A stretch of 64,000 nt of DNA. Source: Euprymna scolopes (lineage: Eukaryota). The stretch lies in the NCBI GenBank assembly GCA_053919585.1, contig CM132814.1, one strand, 5' to 3'. The translations under genes were made by a program, and so were the position numbers. The notes beneath the pieces were generated by a model. It did not search any database, was not told the DNA's origin, and worked only from the letters and a program-made list of their open reading frames with translations. Shown here piece after piece: positions 24,911-36,635 of this stretch (position 1 is its first letter; the number at the start of each line of letters is the position of its first letter).

Positions 24911-26825
24911 AGAATCGATACATTTGGTGGAGGGCAAGCACACACACACAGCTACACACAGGCACAACGCCCCTACCTCTAGTATAATACATTAAATAAT
25001 AAAAACTTATCTCGAAACCTACAACACTAAAATATAACTAGAACCACAGTGTAGTATCTGTTCCGACACTGCGCCCACCCCTCCTACGCTCAGTCAGTGG
25101 AGAAGAAACGCTTAATGACTGAGATAATGCCCATTCTTATACTTGTGCCTTTCCAGGCGTCCCCTCCCTTCTGGGGAGCGAGATCTTCCTCACACGAAAA
25201 AGTGATCCTGGGAGACAAACGAAAATCCCCTTTATCTATATATAAATACGCCTTTTTTATTTAAACAAACATAATAGTATGAACGCCCATCCAACTAAGA
25301 CTAAAACGAAATCATAATAGAAAGATACTAAAATCTAAAAATCCCAAACATCAAAATCACAATTAAATGAAAACATGTCTACCGATTACCCGATTTCAAA
25401 GAAACTGGACCCCCATCACACACATATTACAAACGAACTTGTATCACATTTGCTTTCTTATAATGGTATAATGGTGTGCCGTCTTCCTCCGGCCATCAAG
25501 TGAATCCCCCGGGTTGTTGATGGGGGCCCCCCTCTACTTATGTAAAGTAGGTAGAGGGAAGCTTCGAATAATCAATATGTACAACCATTAAAAATGCCAA
25601 ACAAAAGGAATTCAAACTGGACGACCGTCGCCCAGGATAAAAAGGGCCCCCATCAACCTGTTTACGCACCAGGCAGGAAGAGGAAAAAAATGGTGTGAAC
25701 CTGCTTGCCTCAAAAAGTGGTACCCCAATCACCTCAGAGGTCACACAAGGGCAGCAACCAGTCCATGACCAAAATGGATCCAAGCGTCCTTCCTCCAGCC
25801 TGCTTGACAGTCCCAAAAGAAACAGAAGGGTGATTCATTCATGGTCTGCCGAGCAAAAGAAGATCCTTCTGCACTGCTACCACTACTCAAGGTTTGAGAA
25901 AGATACTAACCGAGGCTATAAAAGAAGCAAACCTCCCAGCAGAGAAAAAAGCACATACCTTTACACAACCTGCGATACCTCATCTCACAGATGGGAAGAT
26001 ATATCCCACAAGAGGACGTAGATAGCATTAGTTGTGAGGCTCTGAAGACTGCAGAAAAAGACTACCAGAAGGTAGAGGATGAGGAAACAAAACTTAGACA
26101 GGAGGTGGTATAGGAAATGGAAGAGAGGTGTACACTTATATAGGCAACGAATTATGCTAAACAAAAGCATAAAAGACACAAAGAAAGAACAACAACCTGG
26201 AGGGGGATCTTTTTTCATTTTATCCTGGAAAAGCAAGCATCCCTCCAGGGAAAATGATATCACAACGATATAACAGCCTGAAATTGTTCACAACAAGAGA
26301 ACTAGACTACATGTCTTCAAAAATAACAGCTCTTTTGGTGAACAACAGATGTGCCCTGGAAAACCCAATAAAAATTCTCACAATAGACTTACTCCACAGA
26401 AACCACCATCTTTACAATCAGAACTCATCCAAATGTCCCAGCACATGCCCAGTTCTCCTGGAACTTCTGCGCCACTGGAGTATCTGGCGGACAGGCCACC
26501 TGCCTTCACAAACTCTCTGCTAGAAACCCCACGAACACCAACATAGGAATCTACATCACCTACCAGGATAACATCACCTGCATCAACGCATTTGTACTCC
26601 CAGAAGCAGATGATAAACAGTTAGCTTTGGAGGAGGATATCAGCAACACACTTGAGGAAGTGAGGTGCATGAGGATGAAGGACAGACCACGTTTGTCCAA
26701 GATCCAAGCAGCTGGAAGAGTAAAGGCTGTTATAGCCAAAGTTTACATAGCTCTAAAGAGGCTAATTCCAACAACAGTAATGCTCACAGAACAACCATAT
26801 CACATATGCAGCTGACCTCTATATT

Positions 26826-28348
26826 TATGAAACCCCGCCGGTACGTCGCGTCCCTCAGTAGGTCCTTCATCAGTGCGTTGGTGGAATCGTCTTTGCTGTA
26901 ATGTCCACAAGGCAGGATCTTCTGTGATCGTCTAGAGATTTCGTCTTCGGAGATACCGGGTGCTCGTTGACGAAAGCAGTTTCACAAGTAAAAAAAATAA
27001 TAATGAAAACATCAGCACACCAGCAAATCAAAGAATTTGGAATCAACAAAGACTCCGGAGATTGGGTTATATGGAATGTATTAAAAGAAAACCATAAAAG
27101 AAACATATACAAACACATGTACAGTCTGGAGTATGAATTTGTAAGCAAGCATTTAAACTTCTAAGTGGGGTTTCCCCTTGCCATAATTCACAGGTCTATT
27201 AATTTAACCCTTTTTAGTTATCGGGCAATAGGCGAGGGGGGAGAGAGAGGAGAGGGGAGGTGGCTTGACTATCGGGCTCGCTCTATTTTGCTCCGACTTC
27301 CCAGACTCTCTCTTCTTATCTGTTTTGCTCTGACCCTCTTGGTCTTTATATAGTAGAGAACTGGGCGGGGCGGCAATTCCCAATTCCTTCCCGAGTAATC
27401 AGAGTGCTCGATAACCAAATCGTCTGATTCGCTCTCATTGGATAATTTGACTGATGACAGAAATTGACCACCTCCCACAATCCAAGAATAATTATAACTC
27501 CTCCCCGATCAATCAAAAACGCCCGATGGAAAATAACCATTTTTCTCTGATTGGTTAATTTCCAAACTGCGTAATACGCGATAACCGCGTAAGTAAGAAA
27601 ACTGCGTCAAAATGCTTCGTTAGTTCTGCGCTTAGATGTGACACTTGTCATTATCAAAGGAAATGAACAATTTGTTATTCTCTTAACATCTCGACAAAAT
27701 ATGTTAATGAAAATTGTCAGGTGGCAAAAATCTATTGATCTATATTTCAGAACTGCGATTCGGTTTGAGAATTAAACAGTAAAGGAATGTTATTTTACGT
27801 TCAAATGGTTTTATCAGAGTCATACAAAATCATTTTATATTTGATTCGACAAACATCCTTTGAAGTCGACAAATGCGTGTGTGAAATTTTAATTCCAAAG
27901 AAATTATTAATCCTTGTTTTGATTTGTTACAAATACATTTTGTGACGCCAACAAATACGTGTGTGTGGGTGTGTGTGTGTAGTTTTTAGTTAAAAGCAAA
28001 AACATAATATATCTTTCTGTTGTTTCTAGCTGACACATAATTTGTGTCCTTGAATTTGTCAACAACAAACTTTCGGCGCATGCTTTGAACCGGACCCATG
28101 CGTATGTGCGACTTCAAATCAGAGTAAATTATCAAAATCGAATCATGCTTTGAAGAAAGAAAGAAAAAATACTTTGGCAAAATTGAAGCGAGCAAAGTTC
28201 TTGTTTTCCTTGTTCGATTTCGGCCCGGAACAAAAATATTAACATATATATTTTAGTTAACCTGTGTTGCCTGAAATAAAATATTAACGTTAAATAAAAG
28301 AGTCACATCGACTCTAATGGTCTGACGCTGCCTCTCTTTGGTGTTACA
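26826..28348 (-). repeat. 3' LTR (1523 bp)
   Basis: TGTAACACC...TTCATA on -; carries ~95 bp (27545-27639) absent from the other LTR. Confidence 0.93.
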
Positions 28349-29299
28349 TTCGACCCCCATAAGGTTGTGATTCTCAAGATGAGGACGACGCCCCATGACC
28401 TCAACAACCAAAAAGGGTATCCCAACTAATACTACTGCGTCTTAACTGACAGTTAATGGTCACTGACGATTTCACGCTGCCTCTCTTTGGTGTTATATTC
28501 GCCCCCACATGGAGTGGCGATTCTCAATATGGGGACGACGCCCCATGTCCTCAGCCACCAAAGAGATTCTCCTAGCTAATAATACTGCTGCTGCTTACCC
28601 TGAAAGCAAAAATCACGCAGATATCATGCACAAAAAATTATTAAATTCTTATAAATGGCTACTGCCTTAGTTCAATGTGTCCATTAACAAAGTTCGTTGC
28701 GGTAAATTCATTACACAAAGTTCATTAACAAAATGTCCTAAAAAATCACTTTCAAATGTTCATTAATTGTCCAATTTCTTAGGATTGTGTTCTCAATGTT
28801 CATTTATCCTGAAAAAGAACAGTCATGAAAAATTTTTTTTTTTGTTCTCTAGGTATATTACACATGCAACAAAGTCCATTAATTGCATTTTGAACCACTA
28901 AATGGTGTCAAAAATATTCAGCAGGTTCTTCTTCTTGACGTAAGGCTGGAATAGGTTGAAGTTCTTCGCAGTTCGCTTCTGGATTGGCCGGACAGGTGCT
29001 GATCCTCTGTGATCTTTGACAAGGGTCATTCCCACTGGGGCAGGGGTCTCCAAGAGGCGTCTTGAAAACACACTGATTTAACCATCTCTTCACACCACAC
29101 ACTGTTACACCATCATCCTTACACTCTTCAGACCTTCCACCGTTACTCCCATCTATGAACCTACAGTTGAGGCCGTAGGTTTCTTTTTCTGAGTTATCTA
29201 AGCTCTATCCTATAGAGTATTACTCTCGTACCCTTTCTCTTTTGGTTCGTGGGTCGTGGGGTTCAAGTCGTGCACTGCGGACCGTTAGACAACAGGCTT

Positions 29300-29780
29300 C
29301 AATTACTCGAGGATGTTTGCGGCGTTCAATCCTAGAATGCGCATGCCCATCCGTGGCATTTTGGGGAGCCACACTCTGTGTCCCCTTAGATTGTATAGAC
29401 AGCCTTTATGACTGATATACTCACGGCTTCCCTGCCGAATTTTAAACACTTCCTCCTGCAGGAGGTTAAACCGCCCCATAACAGTGCTTAAGTGTCGCTC
29501 TATTTTCCGTCACTGCCCTTCTCTATATATTCATATGGAGAGACCGCTCCATTTACCTGGGCTAATGTCTTCTGCCCGTTTTCCACGGCTCTCAGTCCTT
29601 GTCGGATACTTTCGACATTTTCCTCAGTGACCACACCAAACAGAGCTCCCAGGGCCTTACCTATGATAGGTATTACCGCCCGTCTATAACGACCTCCAAG
29701 TCTACTTATTCTCCAGTCAACCATTCTTGACTGGGACCTCCCGGCTTTTCTGCCGAATTTTATCAAATTCTCCCGTCAAC
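29300..29780 (-). pseudogene. env: env-like fusion glycoprotein remnant (baculovirus F / errantivirus Env type)
   Basis: RYRR (29680-29691) followed by AVIPIIGKALGALFGVVTEENVESIRQGLRAVENGQKTLAQV, then after a frameshift ERSLHMNI*RRAVTENRATL. Confidence 0.72.
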
Positions 29781-30658
29781 AATTATGACCGCTACAGAAT
29801 ATTGTCTCCCCCCGTGCACATCGCCACAGACACGTGTTTCGTCGTCTACGACTCATAAGAATGGTTTATCTAGCGAGATTCGACATCGGGACCCAACGGT
29901 AATGAGCCTAAACCTTACCCCTGGACCATCTCGCCAGCTGTCTGGATATATCGCGATTTACTTAGGTGTTGTTTTGTTTTTGTTTTAGCGATATGTTTAT
30001 AACGAATTCAATCATTTACGAAAGTGCATTTTTACCTAAATGCGAGTTGGCAATACTTTTCCCTTTTAACCAATTTGGTACTCCCGCATGAGGAGCGGTA
30101 TATATATTATTTTTAAAATGTAATTATCCAGTCTAGCCCAGGCCCATTACACCGCATTTCGCGCCCTGCGAGTTAAAGAGAAGATATTTTAGTCCGAAAG
30201 CTTACCTTTGTGTTCTATTCCAAGTTCAAACTACCCTACCCTTATCGTGGCATTTGGTGCTTCCTCTCCAATCCATCCCTTCGGGCTCACAGAGTTGGCG
30301 GGTCGAAACTTCTCGTCGCTCCCAACTCCCCTCCCGACACTGGCTTCGTGATGCACTGCCAGGAGTGCCCTCAGTACTAGTGTGCTCAAGCAGCAAAGGA
30401 TCCGACGCCGAACCGTCCCACCCATCGACAGCTACACGGCTGGGCAGAGCCCTTGCCCGCCCGTACGCATTTTTCATTCTGAGAAGCATAGACGGTCGCA
30501 CTCCGAACAAACCCGACGCCGATCACCGTTCCTTTAGACGTCCCCCCGCAGTTGCGTCCCCAGCCAGTGGACACCCTCATCAGAAGTCCCCCTATATCCA
30601 GCCACCGCCGCGGACATAGGGGCCGGTAACAACAGGCCCACTTGGCACCCGTCCGTTC

Positions 30659-31650
30659 TCAGTACTTTCTCTCTGGGAACCGCCCAGGGCGGCGCCCCCA
30701 CCTAGTGGGACACCCTTTCGTTATGTGTCCACCAGGGTGGTAGGTGAAGCATAACCACTCCCCTCTGCCGGGAGTTGGTTGAGAGCGGCCATGTTGGGGC
30801 CCCTTAGCTCCCGTATTTGGCCTCGTACCTCTCTCCTGGGGCTGCACTGAAAGATTCTCTGCATTGCTCCCCAGCTCCGCGTCCCCCGCTGCTCTGCACC
30901 ATCCGCTGTTATGGCCGAACTGCCCGCATTTACTACAGCTCGCTCCCAACGAGCGAGGTTGTCTCCCATATCTCGTTGGGCACTCTACAGCTCGGTGCCC
31001 CTCAACCTGGCAGGTCCAACAGACCAAGCCATATCTGCCAGGAGTGGGTTTGAAAAACCCCATGCGAAAGGCTCCAATTCCTTCGGTTGGGGTCAGCCTC
31101 CGACTCCCAATCCTCCACGTCCTCCCACCATGGTTGGACGTCTGTGACTTCCTTCTTCCGTCCTTCTTCGCGGTCGAGTGTGGGCGACTCCGTCATCACC
31201 TCGATGGTCGTTCTTTCACTGGAGTACTCGTTCTCCAGTTGCCGACGGAGTACGGGTTAGATAAGGGCGGCATTTTCAGACATCTTACGCCCTATAAATC
31301 TCGAGACTGGCCCTTCGGTCGTCTCATAGGCCAGCAAAACAGTCTCTGCATCCTGCAAGCCATATACAAGCCGCTTTTTATGTATAGACTGCAGCCATTA
31401 GACCAAATTCCCCGGATGCCCTCTGAAGTGACGAATCCGTAGGTTTCCGAGCAAAGCCCGGAAATCGTCCGTCACTTTCGGACACGTTAACTGATTCTAC
31501 TCCCCCGACCAGGAGTCATTTATCCGCTCATAGATCTTCTCCAACCACTGTGTCGGCGTCTCCACCGACTCCTCCCTTTCAGGTTCATTCGCCATCCTCT
31601 CTACTCCCCCCAAAGCCTCACTATTATTCTCAACCGGCTCAGTCATTATC
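30659..31650 (-). pseudogene. gag: gag remnant: capsid N-terminal part plus three CCHC-type knuckles
   Basis: IRHFRGHPGNLV*WLQSIHKK..LLAYETTEGPVSRFIGR..LRRQLENEY aligns by eye to the gag at 2683; CWTCQVEGHRAVEC, CSKCGQFGHNSGWC, CFTYHPGGHITKGC. Confidence 0.8.
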
Positions 31651-31919
31651 TGTTTCACTTTTCTTTCAAAATTGAACAATCAGGAATCTGCCTGTCTATC
31701 ACTCTCTCTCTTTTTTTTCCAAAATTAAGGCCTCCAGGCACACCAAACGACAACGAGAAAAAACCCAAGTCAAAAAATCACAAAAATAATAGGGTCTTAT
31801 CTATATCCCGCTTCGCTTCAGATCCAGAGGGTCGAATTCCCGTTGGTCGGTCTTGTAGTTATACGCTCAATCACGGAGCGAAAAAAAAAGTCCGTAATGT
31901 TCAAAATACACTATACCAG

Positions 31920-32245
31920 CTTGATGTGCCGTAGTTCTTTGATGTTGGCTGGTTCCTTCTTTTCATTCAACGATGGTGTGTCGTAGTTGGTTGATGTGCC
32001 GCAGTTCTTTGTTGTTGGCTAGTTCCTTCTTTTCATGCAACGATGTTGTGTCGTAGTTGGTTGATGTGCCGTACTCCTTTGATGTTGGCTGGTTCCTTCT
32101 TTTAATTCAATGATGTTGTGCCCTGGATTTTTTTTCTCTCCGGTTGATGTGCCGTAGTTCTTTGATATTGGATGGTTCCTTCTTTTCATTCGACGATCAA
32201 GTGCCGTGGATTTTTTTTCTTTCTCTCAAGTTGATGTGCCGTAGC
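31920..32245. repeat. ~72-bp tandem repeat (4-5 imperfect units) in the element's 5' leader
   Basis: TTGATGTGCCGTAGTTCTTTGATGTTGGCTGGTTCCTTCTTTTCATTCAACGATG.. recurs at ~31921, 31991, 32061, 32143 and partly at 32231. Confidence 0.9.
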
Positions 32246-32257
32246 GACCTTTCAGTG

Positions 32258-32279
32258 TCGAATCCTGGTCGGGGCGCCA
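32258..32279 (-). promoter_or_regulatory. Primer-binding site
   Basis: TGGCGCCCCGACCAGGATTCGA, 2 nt after the LTR; the complement reads as a tRNA T-loop, T-stem, acceptor strand and CCA. Confidence 0.85.
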
Positions 32280-32281
32280 AT

Positions 32282-33686
32282 TATGAACCCCCGCCGGTAC
32301 GTTGCGTCACCCAGTAGGTCCTTCTTCAGCGCGTTGGTGGAATGGTCTTTGCTGTAATGTCCACAAGGCAGGATCTTCTGTGACCCTCTAGAGATTTCGT
32401 CTTCAGAGATACCGGGTGCTCGTTGACGGAAGCAGTTTCACAAGTAAAAAAGAAATAATAATGAAAACATCAGCACACCAGCAAATCAAAGAATTTTGAA
32501 TAAACAAAACTCCGGAGATTGGGTTATATGGAATGTATTAAAAGAAAACCATAAAAAATATATGCAAACATATGTACAGTCTGGAGTATGAATTTGTAAG
32601 CAAGCATTTAAACTTCTAAGTTGGGCTTCCCCTTGCTGGAATTCACAGGTCTATCTTTTTTAGTTATCGGGCAATAGGCGAGGGGGAGAGCGAGAGGAGA
32701 GGTGAGGTGGCTTGACTCTCGGACTCGCTCTGTTTTGCTCCGACTTCCCAGACTCTCTCTTCTTCTCTGTTTTGCTCTGACTCTTTTGGCCTTTATATTT
32801 TAGAGCACTGGGCGGGGTGGCAATTCCCAATTCCTTCCCGACGATTAGAGTTCTCGATAACCTAATCGTCTGATTCACTCTCATTGGATAATTTGACTGA
32901 TGACAGAAATTGACCACCTCCCACAATCCAAGAATAATTATAACTCCTCCCCGATCAATCAAAAACGCCCGATGGAAAATAACCATTTTTGACACGTGTC
33001 ATTATCAAAGGAAATGAACAATTTGTTATTCTCTTAACATCTCGACAAAATATGTTAATGAAAATTGTCAGATGGCAAAAATCTATTGATCTATATTTCA
33101 GAACTGCGATTCGGTTTGAGAATTAAACAGTTAAGGAATGTTATTTTGCGTTCAAATGGTTTTATCAGAGTCATACAAAATCATTTAATATTTGATTCGA
33201 CAAACACTCTTTAAAGCCGACAAATGCGTGTGTGAAATTTTAATTCCAAAGAAATTATTTATCCATGTTTTGATCTGTCAGAAATATATTTGTGACGCCA
33301 ACAAATACGTGTGTGTGTAGTTTTTAGTTAAAAGCAAAAACATAATCTATTTTTCTGTTGTTTCTAGCTGACACATAACTTGTGTCCTTGAATTTGTCAA
33401 CAACAAACGTTCGGCGCATGCTTTGAACCGGACCCATGCGTATGTGCGACTTCAAATCAGAGTAAATTATCAAAATCGAATCATGCTTTGAAGAAAGAAA
33501 GAAAAAATACTTTGGCAAAATTGAAGCGAGCAAAGTTCCTTTTTTCCTTTTTCGATGTCGGCCCGGAACAAAAATATTAACATATATATTTTAGTTAACC
33601 TGTGTTGCCCGAAATAAAATATCAACGTGAAATAAAAGCGACACATCGACCGTAATGGTTTGACGCTGCCTCTCTTTGGTGTTACA
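32282..33686 (-). repeat. 5' LTR (1405 bp)
   Basis: Direct repeat of 26826-28348. Confidence 0.93.
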
Positions 33687-33690
33687 TATT

Positions 33691-36560
33691 GACAGAAAAA
33701 TTAACCTTCGAACATTCAATCACAATCATCGAATAGGGTCTTTAGTCTCTAGACAAACACATCACTGGAAGACCAAGCTGCAAAAACAACTGAACCTCTG
33801 CAGGAAAGAACTAAGCCAAATAAAACAGTTCCTTGAAAATCCCTCGGTACAGGGTCGACTTTAGACCATCATCAAAAAACTTTGTACCAAATACCAACGA
33901 TGAGAAAATTGAGGGATTACATAATACTGCTAAAGAGTTTTAAGGAAAAATACCACAACTATCCCAGAAAATTAAAACCGAGGAGAATAAGATCAACTCC
34001 ATTTTCAAAATAGGTAATTAAATTAGGATTAAAACAAACCAAAGGACTTTTTACAGGCAGCTAATAAGGGACACCATTACGGTGGATAGTTCACCTGCAG
34101 AGGAAGCTCTGGAAAACTATGGGGTGCCTCTATTTTAAACAGACGGCAAATATAATCAAGAGGCCCAGTGGATTGAAGATATTATTAGGCTCAATAAACC
34201 CAAGCCTCAGATGCCAGAACCAGTCATAACTCCTGGTATGATAACAAGAACACTGGCACAATTATCCAACCACAAAGCACCTGGCATCGACAATGTCCAA
34301 AACTTTTGGCTGAAACAATTAACTGCACTCCACCACCACTACAGTGAATGCTTCAGCAGTATACTAAGTGATGAAGAAGCAGCACCACCCTGGCTGACAG
34401 TGGGGGACAACAGCCTCATATCCAATACCAAGGAGACACAACGACCAAATAAATACAGGCCAATATGCTGTCTTACAACTACGTACAAGCTTTCACTTGT
34501 CTGATAGCTGATGGTATATATGACCATCTATCTTCTGGAACCTACCTTGAAAAAGAGCAGACAGGGTTCAGAAGAAATGCCTCGGTACCAAAGACGAGCT
34601 ATTAATCAACAAGACCGTCCTAGAAGACTGTAGGAAGTGACACAAAAAATTGAGCATGGCATGGGTTGATTACCAGAAGGCATTTGACAGAGTGCCACAC
34701 TCATGGCTACTTCGGTGCCTTGAGTTATACAAAGTCCACCCGGTAATTAGACAAACACTGGCTGTTCACCTTCAGATGTGGAACACCACAATATCATTAA
34801 ACCACAATGGAGGAAAAACCATCATCCCTGAAGTAAAAATCAAGAGGGGAATATGCCAAGGTGACAGCTTATCTCCCTTACTCTTTTGTATGTATTGCAA
34901 TAGACCCACTAAGCAAGCTCCCGAATAAAAATCAGAGCGCCTACAGTTTTAGTCAGGGACGCCATTGAGATCCCAGCAAGAGAATAAACCATCTGCTCAT
35001 CATGGATGATCTTAAGCTGTATGCTTGCTCTGACAACGATCTGCACCACATTATGCAGGTAGTACACACATGATCTAGTGACATCGGAATGAAGTTTGGC
35101 CTGGATAAATGTGCCAAATGTACATTCCGAGCTGGGAAGAAGACCCACATAAAAAAATATGCAACTTAATGAAAACATCGACATCTGGGATCTAGAAGAG
35201 CATGAGCCTTACAAGTACCTTGCCATTGAGGAAAACGAGAACATACAACACGCCAAGATGAGGGAGAAGATTAGTAAAGAATATGTACGCCGGGTGAGGA
35301 AAATATGTAAAACCCAGCTCACCAATAAAATAAAATTTCTGCCATAAACCAGCTTGCTATGCCAGTAATAACATACAACTTTGGTATCATTGACTGGCTA
35401 CAAAAATACATCCACCGGCTTAATGTAAAGACTACTAACTCTTCATAAAATAATATACAGAAATCAGTGTCTACCCAAGGGTGTATTTGCCTAGGGGAGA
35501 AGGAGGTCTAGGACTCTCAGAGATTAATCATCAACATAGGGCAACTATTGTGAGCACCGGTCTGTATCTGAGAAGCTCCCAGAATGACATCCTCTAAATA
35601 GTATATGAACATCAAGAAACAAGAGCCCGCAGAACAACTTCAGTCATCCAGCTGGCCAAGCATTTTGGTCAGGGCTGTCTCTCAGATGAGGGTGAAACAC
35701 CAAACAAGTGTGCCACAGAAATCGCAAGAAAGAGCCGGCAGAAATATACCAAGACCTTTCAACAGATGCACTTTTAAGAATGGGAATAACATCAGCGTGC
35801 AAAGTATTTTCTGGGGGAACTATCTCAGGAATACCTAGATAAAGAAGGTTCTTTGGGCTGGCTCCAAAGGGGATAACTTCCACCACGATCAGGAAAGGGG
35901 CATAATGGCTGCCTAAGACCATGGATTGATGATTAATGCATTCAAGAATATGGCAAGGATCAGTAATGACAATAAATGCAGGTTCTGCCATACAGAATTG
36001 GAAAGTGTTGGTCATCTGATATCAAGTTGCAAAGTTCTTCTAGGGGACGGCTACTATACAGCGAGACATGACGGAGTCTGCAAGCACCTCCACTGGACCA
36101 TCTGTAAAAAATTAAACATCCGGTGTAGCAGCAAGTCCTGGGACATCAACGTGAAAGAACAGTTGGAAATGACTTATATACCATACATTACGACCATGTA
36201 ATCCATACAGCCACCTACCTTGAAAATGTTGCTGTGAAACCTGACATAGTTATATGGAATAAGTCAGAGAGAGTTGTATCTTTGATTTAAGTCAGTGTTC
36301 CTAATTATGGCGGTCTGAACAGAGCTGAAAAAGAGAAACAGACCAAATATCTAGGTCTCATGTATGATATGAAAAGAAACTGGAATCTTAAGGGGATATC
36401 AATCATACCAGTTATCATAGGTGCCACAGGACTTATGAAGAAGAACCTGAACTCCTACCTAACTAATATTCCTGTAGAACCAAGTGCAAAAGATTCAGAC
36501 AATTGCACTTAACGAGACAGCGAGGATACTAAAAAGAGCTCTCGGTTGTTTTCAATAAAA
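33691..36560 (+). pseudogene. RT + CCHC + RLE portion of the R4/Dong-type ORF
   Basis: ORF fragments 33676-33864, 34211-34504, 34650-34928, 35159-35347, 35926-36201; the frame joins 26.8 kb across the LTR insertion (..AADLYI|DRKINL..). Confidence 0.9.
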
Positions 36561-36635
36561 AAAGTCAATGTAAGCAGCTGGTTTGGCTACCCCATACCCA
36601 GCATTACAATCTTCAAAGGAAGAAAAAAAGTATAA

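Larger units (their letters stand above)
26826..33686 (-). mobile_element. Gypsy-derived LTR element with gag and env-like remnants and no pol
   Basis: Direct repeats 26826-28348 and 32282-33686; TSD TATT (26822-26825, 33687-33690); PBS 32258-32279; PPT next to 28349; no RT/RH/IN motif seen in the 3.9-kb interior. Confidence 0.92.
25472..36629 (+). mobile_element. R4/Dong-type restriction-like-endonuclease LINE, apparently full length, degraded, interrupted by an LTR element
   Basis: 6-bp TSD GTATAA (25466-25471, 36630-36635); A-rich 3' end; WSAEQKKILLHCYHYS, KAPGIDNVQNFWLK, YRPICCL, MAWVDYQKAFDRVPHSW, QGDSLSPLLF, MDDLKLY, CRFC..HLISSC, RHD, KPDIVIW. Confidence 0.9.

Noticed and set aside
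25472-25570. HDV-like ribozyme at the 5' end of the Dong-type LINE
   Set aside because: P3/L3-like GTC-TTCCTCC-GGC and a short P1 are present, but no convincing P2 partner or catalytic J4/2; a covariance search would be needed.
30864-31442. 192-aa plus-strand ORF as a separate gene
   Set aside because: Antisense shadow of the GC-rich gag remnant with no recognisable motif; the same applies to antisense ORFs over the other pol/RT regions.
31920-32245. Repeat with variable linkers as a CRISPR-like array
   Set aside because: The linkers are related to each other and the array is inside an LTR element leader.
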